64,000 nucleotides of DNA from Deltaproteobacteria bacterium (GCA_018657625.1 JABHWU010000124.1:15277-79276); one strand, 5' to 3'; counted from the stretch's first letter, positions 10,249-21,234 are shown. Notes: a model not told the origin generated them from the sequence alone. Program-made: numbers and translations.

Positions 10249-10635
10249 TTCTTTAACTCCATTTCAGATTGTGGATTAGTGGTATCGATTTCACCCATCC
10301 ATAAATATCAATTACATTCCCATATTATTTACTAACAATAACTGTCATCGTCATTTAAACTCTTAGGTTCCAAAAATAGTGATAAAATGGAATCAGGAAT
10401 TCAAAACCGTTTTCGATATCGTTGATTAAGCGATACTGATAAAGCTGTTTTCCGACTTTTTGATTACAGAAAATATAAATACTCTTCAAACCATTTCTTC
10501 TTCTTATTATTTTGCAGGTCCGCCAAAACTTTGTGGTCTTTTCACTTAAAGGATTTTTCTTCATTTCCAAGCCGTAGTGTCAGGGAATGTTTTTTTATAC
10601 AAATTATTGACAAAGAATCAATTTACAAAAGTGCT

Positions 10636-11610
10636 TTAAGTATTGTAAATATCATTTAAATCAGTTTGATAGCGAACAGTTTTCCAGGAAGATTCATTGA
10701 CCTTTAATTGAAAAATATCTGGCCGGGCATAGTGACCGGTAACATCAAAATCCAATTTTGCTTTCGCAATCTGATTCAAATCCAACTCTGCCCGTAAAAT
10801 ACCTGCTTCATCAAAAAGAGGACCTGCCAGAACCTCTCCCTGGGGAGAAATAATCGCGCTGCCACCGCGACACATTTGTTCATCCATCTGCGATAACTCA
10901 TCAATCATTGGTAATTCTTCAGGGTACATCGATTTGGTGACATATTGATTACAACCCAAAACAAAACATCTCCCTTCACAGGCAATATGTTTAAGCGTTG
11001 CCTGCCAGTTATCTCTGGAGTCTGCTGTGGGGGCAAGATATATCTGAACTCCTTTCCCATAAATAGCCATTCTGGCCAATGGCATATAATTTTCCCAACA
11101 AATTAACCCACCCACTTTACCAAATTCTGTATTTACCACGGTTAATGTACTACCGTCGCCTTCACCCCAAATCAATCTTTCACTACCTGTTGGTTTTAAT
11201 TTCCGATGAATACCGGCAACTGTCCCTGTTTTATTGATGTATATTTGTGAACAATAGAGGGTATTTTCTGAAGTCTGATCTTTTTCAATAATCCCCACAC
11301 TTAGAAAAACACTATTTTGCCGGGCAATTTTACATAATTGTTTAACTTCATCGCTTTCCAGCGATATTGAATTTTCCCAATATTTTAACCAAAGTTCCCT
11401 TCCAATTTCCTTCCGATTGCCGACAACCATACCAAATCCTAACCCCCTAGGGTAAGCCGGTATAAATGCTTCCGGGAATAAAACCAGATCGGTATTCTGA
11501 CAAGCCGCTTTTTGGGTCAGATCCCCTATTTTTTCTATGGTTTGTGATAAGTGAAACAGTACGGGTGCATCCTGAACAACAGAAACATTAACCGGTGATA
11601 TTGGTTTCAA
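10636..11610 (-). CDS. nitrilase / carbon-nitrogen hydrolase family protein
   Basis: Catalytic triad context FPEAF (Glu), K in RKLKPT, CWENYMP (Cys), typical of nitrilase superfamily branch 1. Confidence 0.8.
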   Translation of the reverse strand: MKPISPVNVSVVQDAPVLFHLSQTIEKIGDLTQKAACQNTDLVLFPEAFIPAYPRGLGFGMVVGNRKEIGRELWLKYWENSISLESDEVKQLCKIARQNSVFLSVGIIEKDQTSENTLYCSQIYINKTGTVAGIHRKLKPTGSERLIWGEGDGSTLTVVNTEFGKVGGLICWENYMPLARMAIYGKGVQIYLAPTADSRDNWQATLKHIACEGRCFVLGCNQYVTKSMYPEELPMIDELSQMDEQMCRGGSAIISPQGEVLAGPLFDEAGILRAELDLNQIAKAKLDFDVTGHYARPDIFQLKVNESSWKTVRYQTDLNDIYNT

Positions 11611-11624
11611 AATAGCTCCTGATT

Positions 11625-12692
11625 TTAGTAATTTAACATTTCATCAATGATTATAAAAATTTGCTGATTGCCCTGATCCAAAGACTGTTGATTTATTTGT
11701 TGAATAATTTGATCTTTATTTTGAATAATTTCCTGAATTTTTTCAATAATGGAAATTTCAGAAAGACTCTCTTCTTCAACAACAACAGCCAGCCCTTGTT
11801 TAGCAAAGGACTTTGCATTCAGTATCTGATCCCCCCGGCTGGCTTTTTTAGAAAGCGGAATCAATAAGGATGGTTTTTTAACAGCCAGCAGTTCAAAAAG
11901 GATGGTAGCTCCGGCCCGGGATATTACCAGGTCCGCCATGGCGAAAAAATCCGGAAGCTCCTGATCAACATATTCAAATTGTCGGTAATCAACCCTATCC
12001 ATCAATGATTCGTCTAAACCATTCTGGCCACAAATATGGCAAATCGAAAATTCACTAGATAAAGTATCAATATTTTCCCGAATCAAATCGTTGATCACTT
12101 TTGAGCCTAAACTACCGCCAACAATTAGTAATACAGGTTTATCTGACTTAAAATTACAAATTTTCTTACCCTGGGAGGCATTGCCATTTTGAATCACAGA
12201 CCGAACGGGAATACCGGTATGGACAGCTTTCGACGAATTAATATATTTAATCGTTTCAGGAAAACTATAACAAATCTTTTTGGCAAAGGGTGCTGACAGA
12301 CGGTTGGTTAATCCGGGAGTCAGGTCAGATTCATGGATGATCACCGGAATTCGTAACAACCATGAGGCCCAAACCACCGGACAGGAGACAAAACCACCTT
12401 TGCTGAATACTACCCCGGGTTTAATTTTCAGCAATAGAAAAATCGATTTTAAAACTCCCAATACTATTTTAAAAACATCTGTAAAATTTTTGAAATCAAA
12501 ATACCGGCGAAGTTTACCTGCTGAAATATGATGATAGTAATCCACTACCCCTTCCACCAGTTTCTGCTCAATACCATTAATTTGCCCAATATAATGAACC
12601 TCCAACCCTTTCGATTTTAATTCAGGTATAATGGCCAAGTTTGGCGTGACATGACCAGCTGTTCCACCACCGGTCAGAACAATTCGTTTCAT
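11625..12692 (-). CDS. murG: undecaprenyldiphospho-muramoylpentapeptide beta-N-acetylglucosaminyltransferase
   Basis: N-terminal GGGTAGHVTP motif, GT28 fold length (355 aa), C-terminal nucleotide-sugar binding region. Confidence 0.85.
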   Translation of the reverse strand: MKRIVLTGGGTAGHVTPNLAIIPELKSKGLEVHYIGQINGIEQKLVEGVVDYYHHISAGKLRRYFDFKNFTDVFKIVLGVLKSIFLLLKIKPGVVFSKGGFVSCPVVWASWLLRIPVIIHESDLTPGLTNRLSAPFAKKICYSFPETIKYINSSKAVHTGIPVRSVIQNGNASQGKKICNFKSDKPVLLIVGGSLGSKVINDLIRENIDTLSSEFSICHICGQNGLDESLMDRVDYRQFEYVDQELPDFFAMADLVISRAGATILFELLAVKKPSLLIPLSKKASRGDQILNAKSFAKQGLAVVVEEESLSEISIIEKIQEIIQNKDQIIQQINQQSLDQGNQQIFIIIDEMLNY

Positions 12693-12698
12693 GTTTTT

Positions 12699-13529
12699 TT
12701 AATTTGCAGATGAATTTTTCAGCAGGTATTGCATTGCTGTTATATCAACACCATTTTGGTAATTAAATTTCATCGGACAAACGGCAACATGTTTCTTCTC
12801 TGCTAAAACATAAATATCTGAAGTATGAGAAAGTTGTTCTTTATCATAAACAATTCTCACCCGAATATCGCTGACTTTAGAATTCAAGGTCGGAGCGTCA
12901 AAATATGTTTCATAATAAGGTTGATCCGCAACTTCTGTAAATTCACACGCCGTCTTTTCATTTGCATCTGCAGGGACATCTATTTTTAATATATCGATAT
13001 CCTTCGGAAACCCTTGTGATAAAACCTGAATGGCAAACCGGTTTAAGAAATAAATGGAGGGCCGCCAGTCCTGCTTCGTATATTCGAAATGGCTGTCTGT
13101 TTTTGTTTGCTTCGAAACCGCTAGGGCAGGTGTACCCAGACTAGAAGCTTCAAAAGCAGCGCCTACTGTTCCTGATACACTAACATTTGACCCAATATTT
13201 TCACCGTAATTAATACCGGAAACAGCCAGATCAGGTAATTGGCCCTTAAACAGGATATTATAAGCCAGCTGAACAATTAAAGATGGTGAACAATCACAGG
13301 TATAGGCTTCAATTTTATTACCCTCAATATCATATGGCACAGGTTCAAGTTTAGCATCAGTAGCACCGACATGACTGCGGCTCATAGCAGTTTGCTGCCT
13401 CGAAGGGGCAGCCACCACGATACGTCCCAACCCCAAAACGCCCTGAATTGATGCCTTTAAGCCAGGGGAGTGGATACCATCATCGTTAGTTAAAAAAATA
13501 AGTGGTTTATTCATAAATTTTTTACTCAT
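12699..13529 (-). CDS. surE: 5'/3'-nucleotidase SurE
   Basis: Starts with LTNDDGIHSPGL, the SurE signature. 276 aa. Confidence 0.85.
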   Translation of the reverse strand: MSKKFMNKPLIFLTNDDGIHSPGLKASIQGVLGLGRIVVAAPSRQQTAMSRSHVGATDAKLEPVPYDIEGNKIEAYTCDCSPSLIVQLAYNILFKGQLPDLAVSGINYGENIGSNVSVSGTVGAAFEASSLGTPALAVSKQTKTDSHFEYTKQDWRPSIYFLNRFAIQVLSQGFPKDIDILKIDVPADANEKTACEFTEVADQPYYETYFDAPTLNSKVSDIRVRIVYDKEQLSHTSDIYVLAEKKHVAVCPMKFNYQNGVDITAMQYLLKNSSAN

Positions 13530-13724
13530 TATAATATTTTGTATAAGATCTTTTTTAATTGAATTCTAATCTTCTAGCAAGGATTAACCTTGTACATCAA
13601 AATCTAATCATAAATATTAATTATTATGGTTTGTATTTTTTTTTATTTTACCAGATGATTAATTCCAAAATAAAAATTTATTAAAACCTCCCAATCGATA
13701 TAGTCATTTACTATTAAGTAAACC

Positions 13725-14609
13725 ATGCAAAATCAAACACTTGGTATTATATTTTCATTAAGTGCAGCCTTTTTTTGGTCCACCTCTGTGATTATGTACA
13801 GAAAAAGCGGTGACGGGTTTTCTCCGCTTTCCCTGAATTTTTTTAAGAGTTTAATTGCAATTATTCTCCTGCTTCCAACTTTATATCTTAAAGAAGTAGA
13901 TTTTATCCCGGATAATTCAATCAATGACTGGTTATTAATAATCATCTCAGGAATACTTGGAACTGCTTTAGCTGATTCGCTATTTTTTTCATCTTTAAAT
14001 CGTATTGGCGCCAGTTTAAATGCTATTATTGGTTGTTCTTACTTACCATGTATCATCATATTTTCTTACATCTTTTTAGACGAAGCACTGGGTTTCAAAG
14101 GATTAATCGGTGGTGCTTTAGTACTTTCCGCGCTATTTGTTTCTACCTGGCATGGAAAACGCCAAAATATAGACCGTAAAGACCTTATCGTTGGGATTAT
14201 TTACGGTTTAGCCGGTATTTTGACAATGGTCGTTGGCATAATCATGATTAAGGGCGTTTTATTAAGATCTGATGTTGTCTGGGTAACTTTGATCAGAACC
14301 GGCGCAGCATTATTAGGGCTGTTGGTTACTATTATACTTCACCCGCAGCGTAAAAAACTATGGCTGGAATTGCAACCATCTCTAATCTGGAAGTGGGCGG
14401 TACCCGCCTCTGTCGGTAACTACCTGGCACTGTTATTTTGGCTGGCAGGCATGAAATATACAATGGTTAGTCTGGCCGCAATTTTAAATCAGTTATCAGC
14501 CATTTTAATTTTTATATTGGCGGCGATTTTCCTGAAGGAAAAAATAACAACCGCTAAATCAATTGCCGTCTTTCTGGCTTTATCAGGCGCAATTATCGCT
14601 ACCCGATAA
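13725..14609 (+). CDS. EamA/DMT-family transporter
   Basis: 294 aa, about 10 TM helices, duplicated EamA-like halves. Confidence 0.75.
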   Translation: MQNQTLGIIFSLSAAFFWSTSVIMYRKSGDGFSPLSLNFFKSLIAIILLLPTLYLKEVDFIPDNSINDWLLIIISGILGTALADSLFFSSLNRIGASLNAIIGCSYLPCIIIFSYIFLDEALGFKGLIGGALVLSALFVSTWHGKRQNIDRKDLIVGIIYGLAGILTMVVGIIMIKGVLLRSDVVWVTLIRTGAALLGLLVTIILHPQRKKLWLELQPSLIWKWAVPASVGNYLALLFWLAGMKYTMVSLAAILNQLSAILIFILAAIFLKEKITTAKSIAVFLALSGAIIATR

Positions 14610-14880
14610 TCAATCAAAACGATATTTCTTATTTTTAACAGTGACATTTGGTGGTTGATAGCTATTTTCAAAAAGATCAAATCCTGTCTTTAAATTTTGC
14701 CAGAAGAGAAACCAAGGTTAAGTCTTATAATATTCGGGTAGTCTGAATTCTTACTTTTCCAATCAACCAATTTATGCTAAATAATAATGACGAATCAAAA
14801 ATTATTTTGACATAAATTTACTTATTCCTGACTCTTAGTTATTAAAAAAATGTACTTCACAAACTCTCAAGCTAGATAGA

Positions 14881-16461
14881 ATGGATATTGTAACTGATTA
14901 CACACAATTTTGTAAAACTTTGATTAAGAGAGATAAAGCTGTTTTTGGTACATTGTGCGAGAAGATAACAAGGATCATCGAGGATATTGATCTAAGGATT
15001 CTCCAAGAAGATACTCAAAAGGCTGTGGAAAAAGTTTTCCTAGACTACTCGGGAATTTTAAATTTAATTGACTCTGACAAGGCTGGGTTAAATAGTCTTG
15101 CCAGACAAACGATCCATAAACTTCTAACAACTATTTTCGATACGATTAATGGTGAAGTCAGTATTGAAGAACGGACCCTCCTAAGAGAAAAAAAGAAATC
15201 ACAGGATTTATCAAAAGAAAAAAACAATCCATTAACACCATTAAAAATCATTATTGCCGATGACCAAAGGAGCATCCGTAAAAGAGTAAAAATCAGTCTA
15301 AAAGGTTTTAGTTTTAAAGGACATTATCTAGAAATAATAGAAGCCGAAAGTGGGGAAGCAGTACTTCAAATTCTTGAGAAACATTCAGATATTGCTTTGA
15401 TTCTTCTGGATATTTTTATGGAGGAAGAGGACACTGGATTTAAAGTAACCCATATTATCAGAAATGATCTAAGAAATGACCTCGTGAGGATTATTCTGCA
15501 TACCGGACAGGGAAAGCAACCAAAAGAAAAAATCATCCAAGAGTACGGAATTGACGGATACGTTCAAAAAGGATCCTCGGATCCAGATTTTTATAAAAAG
15601 GAACTCCAAGCTCTACTGACAACTTCCTTAAGAACTTACCAACTAATCAGAGCCACCCAGATGGCAAAAGAATCTGCCGTTGCTTCAGATATGGCTAAGA
15701 CTGAATTTTTGCAAAATATATCCCATGAGTTAAGAACACCAATGCATGGGATTTTAAGTTTTTCTAAATTCGGAATTGATAAAATTGATAAAGTTAACAA
15801 AGAGAAGTTATTAAAATATTTTACTCAAATTGACACAAGTGCCCGAAGATTAATGAATTTATTAGATGATTTACTCGATCTGGGTCAATTAGAATCAGGT
15901 AAGGTCAATTATACTTTTGAAAAGGATAAATTATCTAATTATATTCAATATGCGATTCAGGAAATGGAAGAACTAACCGCCTATAAAAGTATAAAAATTG
16001 AATTCAAGAAACCTGCTTTTGATGATATCATTGACTTCGATAGTAAAAAATTACTCCAGGTATTTAGAAATTTAATTTCCAACGCTATAAAATTTTCACC
16101 GGAATTTAGTGTTATTCAAATGGAATTAAAGGAAGAAGAAACGGCTTTATTGTTCTCTATTTCAGATCAAGGTATTGGCATACCCGAGGATGAACTGCAT
16201 GCTGTCTTTGATAAATTTATCCAAAGTAGTAAAACGAAAACTGGTTCGGGTGGAACGGGTCTTGGACTGGCAATCTCACAACAAATTGTCTCCGGTCATA
16301 ATGGTCATTTATGGGTGGAAAATAATAAAACGGACGGTGCTACTTTTAAGTTGCTCATTCCACGACGACATCATAAGAAAAAACGAATCGGAGAAATATT
16401 GGTTGAACGTGGGCATATTAGCAGGATTCAATTGAGTGAAACATTGAAACTGCAAGATTAA
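14881..16461 (+). CDS. hybrid sensor histidine kinase: unknown N-terminal domain, receiver, HisKA, HATPase, and a C-terminal MshEN-like tail motif
   Basis: Receiver (KIIIADDQRSIRK...LLDIFMEE...), HisKA H-box ISHELRTPMHGI, N/G boxes (ISNAIKFSP, GGTGLGLAIS). Last 24 residues RIGEILVERGHISRIQLSETLKLQ fit the GspE-N/MshEN consensus. Confidence 0.8.
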   Translation: MDIVTDYTQFCKTLIKRDKAVFGTLCEKITRIIEDIDLRILQEDTQKAVEKVFLDYSGILNLIDSDKAGLNSLARQTIHKLLTTIFDTINGEVSIEERTLLREKKKSQDLSKEKNNPLTPLKIIIADDQRSIRKRVKISLKGFSFKGHYLEIIEAESGEAVLQILEKHSDIALILLDIFMEEEDTGFKVTHIIRNDLRNDLVRIILHTGQGKQPKEKIIQEYGIDGYVQKGSSDPDFYKKELQALLTTSLRTYQLIRATQMAKESAVASDMAKTEFLQNISHELRTPMHGILSFSKFGIDKIDKVNKEKLLKYFTQIDTSARRLMNLLDDLLDLGQLESGKVNYTFEKDKLSNYIQYAIQEMEELTAYKSIKIEFKKPAFDDIIDFDSKKLLQVFRNLISNAIKFSPEFSVIQMELKEEETALLFSISDQGIGIPEDELHAVFDKFIQSSKTKTGSGGTGLGLAISQQIVSGHNGHLWVENNKTDGATFKLLIPRRHHKKKRIGEILVERGHISRIQLSETLKLQD

Positions 16462-16683
16462 TAATTTTAAAATTTTTTTCATTAATGCAGATTCAATAAC
16501 TTTCGTTCAGTTTGATTTTATATACTTTGTTTTAAAACAATCGGAGTGCCGTTTTTTCACTCTCATTTAGATTTATCTATTTGTCGCAAAAAAATACAAT
16601 TATATTTACCATCTTAAACCCTCAGTGAATTCGGACATCTGTAGAACAAGTCGAATTTATCCATTAAAAAATAAACAGGTGCG

Positions 16684-16713
16684 TTGACAGAATTTTATTT
16701 AAGGGTCTATAAC
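16684..16713 (+). promoter_or_regulatory. possible sigma70-type promoter upstream of rplU-rpmA
   Basis: TTGACA (16684-16689), 18 bp spacer, TATAAC (16708-16713), about 58 bp upstream of rplU ATG. The lineage may use a different promoter consensus, so weak. Confidence 0.25.
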
Positions 16714-16770
16714 TTATGATTGCACTTTTTAGTAAAGCATATTTTTTTGAACAATTGAAAATACATCGAA

Positions 16771-17085
16771 ATGTACGCAATAATAAAATCCGGTGGCAAA
16801 CAATATCGAGTAGAAAAAGACACAGTGCTGGCTGTTGAATTATTGAATCAGGAAGAAGGTTCTGAGAACGATACTGATCAGATCATCTTTGTAAAATCTG
16901 GTGAAAATGAATATAAAGTTGGTACACCTCTGGTTGAAGGCGCTAAAGTGACTTATAAAGTACTTAGCCACTATAAAGGTAAAAAAGTTGTCATATTCAA
17001 AAGAAAAAGAAGAAAGGGATACCGTGTTAAAACCGGTCACCGACAACAATACACAAAAATCCAAATTAGTAATATTCAATGCTAA
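16771..17085 (+). CDS. rplU: 50S ribosomal protein L21
   Basis: MYAIIKSGGKQYRVEKDTVL... canonical L21 N-terminus, 104 aa. Confidence 0.9.
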   Translation: MYAIIKSGGKQYRVEKDTVLAVELLNQEEGSENDTDQIIFVKSGENEYKVGTPLVEGAKVTYKVLSHYKGKKVVIFKRKRRKGYRVKTGHRQQYTKIQISNIQC

Positions 17086-17134
17086 ATAATACCGTAACAG
17101 TATTATTGGCTTATCTATATTTTTAGAGGGAATT

Positions 17135-17389
17135 ATGGCACATAAGAAAGGTCAAGGTAGCGTAAAAAATGGACGTGATTCCAATCCGCAATACCGTGGC
17201 GTAAAACGATATGGCGGGGAACAAATTACTGCAGGGACCATTATCGTTCGACAGGTTGGCAGCACTTTTCATGCTGGTGACAACGTCGGTACTGGCAAAG
17301 ATTTCACTTTGTATGCGCTTTGTGATGGTGCTGTTCAGTTTAAGCAGAAAACCAAAAGCCGAAAAGAAATAAACGTTATCCCCGCATAA
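17135..17389 (+). CDS. rpmA: 50S ribosomal protein L27
   Basis: MAHKKGQGS...[28 protein letters not shown] canonical L27. RBS-like gaggga upstream. Confidence 0.9.
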   Translation: MAHKKGQGSVKNGRDSNPQYRGVKRYGGEQITAGTIIVRQVGSTFHAGDNVGTGKDFTLYALCDGAVQFKQKTKSRKEINVIPA

Positions 17390-17401
17390 TCACTTCCCTG
17401 A

Positions 17402-17878
17402 TTATTCTACCGGGTTATAAATATCATCAAAACCAATTTTAGATAAAAGCTCCGTCTCTAACCGGAGCATTTTTTTCTCATCTTCCGGTGTTTGATGATC
17501 ATAACCTGCCAGATGCGACAATCCATGTACCAATAAACGGATCAGTTCAGTCTCTATATCCCATCGGGATGCCTGCGCCTGTTTTACGCAAACATCCAGG
17601 CATAGTGCCAGATCACCCCATATTTCAGGCTCACCGGGTATCTGAATCATTTCACTTTCATCATAGGCCCAGGATAATATATCAGTTGTCTGGTTTTTAT
17701 TACGATATTGGCTATTTAGATTTTTAATTGTTTCCTGATCACAAATCAACAAATTTACTGATTTAGACGCTTCATTTAACAAATCTGCAATCGTGTTAAT
17801 ACAAACAATTATTTTCTTTTCCCGGGGTTCCGCAAAAGCATTTACATTGTCACTATACTGGATGAACACTTTTGACAT
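17402..17878 (-). CDS. ybeY: rRNA maturation endoribonuclease YbeY
   Basis: HGLSHLAGYDH zinc-binding H3xH5xH motif. 158 aa. Confidence 0.85.
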   Translation of the reverse strand: MSKVFIQYSDNVNAFAEPREKKIIVCINTIADLLNEASKSVNLLICDQETIKNLNSQYRNKNQTTDILSWAYDESEMIQIPGEPEIWGDLALCLDVCVKQAQASRWDIETELIRLLVHGLSHLAGYDHQTPEDEKKMLRLETELLSKIGFDDIYNPVE

Positions 17879-17903
17879 TTTTTTCTTTTTGATTAATGTT
17901 TAA

Positions 17904-20507
17904 TTAATTACCAGGATATTTGATACGGTGATGGTGAATACTGTTTAAAACTGAACAATACTCGTCCAAAATCAATCTGAAGTGCCGTAATGTAATTCCG
18001 GATTCATCCAACTGACCACTTTCTAATAGTCTCCAACCGACTTTGTTGACCATTTCGTTGATGGATTCGGGCGTCGGATCATCCAAACTTCTGGTCGAAG
18101 CTTCAGAGATATCAGCCATCATAACTAAAGCAGCCTCCAGGGATTGTGGTTTTGGCCCGGGATATCTGAAATCAAGCTCATCAATATCACGGACTGATTC
18201 CTGAGCCTGGAGAACGGCTTTCTGGTAAAATATTTTAACCAATCCGGTGCCATGGTGTTGCATTAAAATGCCAATAATATCTCTACCTAAATTATGTTTT
18301 TCAGCCTTTTCCTTTCCATCTGACAGATGTTTAAAAATAATATCAGCGGAATCATAAGGATCCAAATCATCATGGATGTTTTTGCTGTGAGCAGGCTGAT
18401 TCTCGATAAAATAGTGCGGGTTTTCTCCTTTGCCAATATCATGATAATAAGAAGACACCCTCGCCAGTAAACTGTTGGCTCCGATTTTATCCGCTCCTGA
18501 TTCTGCTAAATTACCAACCACGATAGAATGCTGGTAAGTGCCCGGGGCTTTAAAAATCAAATCTTTTAACAGGGGATGATTCATATTCGATAATTCTAAC
18601 AACTTTAAGTTCGTCGTAATATCAAAGATAGACTCATAAAAAGGAAGTAAAATTGAAGTAATGATAGCTGTCAAAATTCCTCCCAGTAAAGCCATTAGAA
18701 GTGCTAATCCTGTATTGGTATCAATCTGGTTTTCGTTGATTAAAAATAACAACAAAACCATCACCATATTCACGCCGGAGATTTTTAAACCATGCTGTAT
18801 CAGAGAGTACCGTGAATCAAATTTGGAGATCGGAAGGGCGGCGACAATACATCCCATGATGGAAAAATAGAAATAATAGAAATTATCCTTCATCATGATA
18901 GAGATAAATAAACTGGTCAGTAAGCCTGACATAAAACCAACTTCAAAATTGATCAAAATCCCAACTAACATCGCGCTCAAGGTCACCGGGAATATATAGC
19001 TATAAAACTCACTGTTAAATTCAATATAACGTAGTTCAATTAACTCTTTGATCTCAAAACCAGCTTTAGCCAAAATCATGGTAATAATAATGGTGGTTGC
19101 CATCATAATCATTTTTTTGAAAGTAAATGACTTGATGTAAGCTTTATTAAAAACCGCGATATAAACTAAAAGCAATGAGAAAAACGCGATCAGGATGACG
19201 CCAACCAATCTGGGAATACTATCATCTAAATTTAGGGTATTTAAATATCCTTTGATGAGTTGAACCTGATTACTGTTTACGCGTTCACCAGCTCTCGCAA
19301 TCACTTGTCCTTTTTTGACACTATAAAAAACCGGATTCAGATTTTGAATGAGCTCATCTCGTTTTTTTTCCAAAGCTAACTTATTTTCGGTAATGGTCGG
19401 GTAAAGTTGTTTTTTTATCAGCCAGGTTATAAATTCTCTTTTAGTATTATCCATCTCCTGAGGAAGCCATTGACGGGCAGTACCATCTACTTCAACCTGA
19501 ATTTCTTCCAGATCCTTATAACCAACCAGGCTTTTAATGGTTATTGATTCTCCTGATTTCACATTTTGGATTTCTACATTGACCTTATCTGTTAAAAAAC
19601 CTTTTTTACTGGTGAATATTTTTTGAGATAATAATTTATTTAACAACAACACAATCTGAGATTCTATCTCTTCAGCATAAAATGGAAAATTTACCAAAGA
19701 ACGATTAATTTCTTGCCGGGTAATAAACAAGTTTTTAAAAACATTATTAACAATCCCTATCTTTTGTTCTTCTATCTTAGCTTCATGATCAAATTGATTG
19801 GTTAAAAGGGAATTTAAATTTTCTCTGAGGTTTTTAATTTGTTGTTGTACCTGTTCTTTGCGGTTTTGAAGTGAAGTTAGCAAATGATTGATGGTATGTA
19901 GTTCCCAATCCAGTCTATTTTTTTTATTGAAATTCTGACTGGATATTCCCACACCTAACTTTAAATTGGAAAGTTTATCCTGAATGTTTTCCTGATACTT
20001 TTTATAATTATTAATTTTAGATTGAACAGCATCTAAATCTTGGGTTAGTTGAAAGTATTCTAATCCAGAATAACGATTCAATTGATTTTTTTGATCAATC
20101 TCTACTTGAAGCTCTGAAAATTTTTCACGCGCTGAATGAAAGGCTGAGCGAATGCGCTGTGTTGTTATTTCAGCTATGCTTGGATCATAATCGTATATTT
20201 GCCCCTGTTCGTTTAACAACTGCTGCTGTTTTAAATTTGTAGAAAGGACATCCTCAATCATCATATCTTTAGCAACCACGATATTCTGACGAATAACATC
20301 CCCTTCCTGGTAGGATTCCTGACGATTAAATAATTTCGGAGCAAGCAGATAGCCGATAATCAGGCTTAATAACGCCAATAGAGTAATCTTTAACAATATC
20401 CGTCGTTTCCAAAGATGGTTCCAACGAATTGACTTCATAAATTCACGATTCAGGGGCGTCATAATTTCGTTTGTAATTTTATTTATCCTCAATCTCAAAA
20501 TTGCCAA
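17904..20507 (-). CDS. 7TM-receptor with intracellular HD phosphohydrolase (PgpH-like)
   Basis: 867 aa: N-terminal TM plus long extracytoplasmic coiled-coil region, 7 TM helices, C-terminal HD domain (HHDIGK). Conserved position immediately upstream of ybeY. Confidence 0.8.
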   Translation of the reverse strand: MAILRLRINKITNEIMTPLNREFMKSIRWNHLWKRRILLKITLLALLSLIIGYLLAPKLFNRQESYQEGDVIRQNIVVAKDMMIEDVLSTNLKQQQLLNEQGQIYDYDPSIAEITTQRIRSAFHSAREKFSELQVEIDQKNQLNRYSGLEYFQLTQDLDAVQSKINNYKKYQENIQDKLSNLKLGVGISSQNFNKKNRLDWELHTINHLLTSLQNRKEQVQQQIKNLRENLNSLLTNQFDHEAKIEEQKIGIVNNVFKNLFITRQEINRSLVNFPFYAEEIESQIVLLLNKLLSQKIFTSKKGFLTDKVNVEIQNVKSGESITIKSLVGYKDLEEIQVEVDGTARQWLPQEMDNTKREFITWLIKKQLYPTITENKLALEKKRDELIQNLNPVFYSVKKGQVIARAGERVNSNQVQLIKGYLNTLNLDDSIPRLVGVILIAFFSLLLVYIAVFNKAYIKSFTFKKMIMMATTIIITMILAKAGFEIKELIELRYIEFNSEFYSYIFPVTLSAMLVGILINFEVGFMSGLLTSLFISIMMKDNFYYFYFSIMGCIVAALPISKFDSRYSLIQHGLKISGVNMVMVLLLFLINENQIDTNTGLALLMALLGGILTAIITSILLPFYESIFDITTNLKLLELSNMNHPLLKDLIFKAPGTYQHSIVVGNLAESGADKIGANSLLARVSSYYHDIGKGENPHYFIENQPAHSKNIHDDLDPYDSADIIFKHLSDGKEKAEKHNLGRDIIGILMQHHGTGLVKIFYQKAVLQAQESVRDIDELDFRYPGPKPQSLEAALVMMADISEASTRSLDDPTPESINEMVNKVGWRLLESGQLDESGITLRHFRLILDEYCSVLNSIHHHRIKYPGN

Positions 20508-20515
20508 AAACCGCT

Positions 20516-20660
20516 ATTTAGTGTCTGAGCGAAAAGTAGATAATTTGGGGACATGTACAATTTGTAGAAAACACTTTAATAATTAAATACCAAGTTGTTA
20601 CGTGTACCCTAATTACCGGACTTATTTTCCAATAATTGAATTTTCGTTCAGCCACTATTT
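20516..20660 (+). mobile_element. MITE-like element, copy 1 (about 136 bp core, 17 bp TIRs)
   Basis: agtgtctgagcgaaaag...cttttcgttcagccact with internal second inverted repeat (aatttggggacatgtaca / gttacgtgtaccctaatt). Flanked by ATTT on both sides. Highly similar to copies at 35182, 39236, 44384 and 44524. Confidence 0.6.
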
Positions 20661-20751
20661 AAGATTTATCACCAACAGTGAATATTTCTAAAATACCAGT
20701 ATACTGTGACTGCTTAAGCGTTTTTAAAATCTAATTGATCAACCACTATCT

Positions 20752-21234
20752 CTAAATTGTCAGCATTGGTTTTAAAAGTACTATGACCTGACAGGCGATA
20801 CCTTCTTCTCTGCCAATAAAACCCAATTTTTCTGTGGTAGTGGCTTTTAATGAAAGTTGATTGGGGTCGATCTTTAATGTTTTCGATACAATGCGTGTCA
20901 TCTCAGGGAAAAAGGGCCTTAATTTGGGCTTTTCCGCCATCAGCACCGCATCAATATTGCCGATTTGCCATTTTTTCCCCGTAATAATTTTATTAACTTC
21001 TTCTAGAAGTAACAAACTTGAGATATTCTTGAAAGTGTCATCATTATCCGGAAAAAGTTCGCCAATATCACCCAACGACAATGCTCCCAACATCCCATCG
21101 ATAATGGCATGAATCAGGACATCAGCATCGGAATGCCCCAGTAGTCCTTTTTTAAAGGGTATTTCTAAACCGCCCAGTATCAATTTGCGATTTTTGACTA
21201 ACTGATGAACATCATATCCTAATCCAACTCTCAT
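20752..21234 (-). CDS. ispF: 2-C-methyl-D-erythritol 2,4-cyclodiphosphate synthase
   Basis: MRVGLGYDVHQL...GHSDADVLIHAI... canonical IspF. 160 aa. Confidence 0.9.
   Translation of the reverse strand: MRVGLGYDVHQLVKNRKLILGGLEIPFKKGLLGHSDADVLIHAIIDGMLGALSLGDIGELFPDNDDTFKNISSLLLLEEVNKIITGKKWQIGNIDAVLMAEKPKLRPFFPEMTRIVSKTLKIDPNQLSLKATTTEKLGFIGREEGIACQVIVLLKPMLTI

Noticed and set aside
16495-16520. Short match (ttcgttcag) to the MITE terminus upstream of rplU
   Set aside because: Only 9 bp are shared with no inner repeat or second terminus. The match is compatible with chance in AT-rich DNA.
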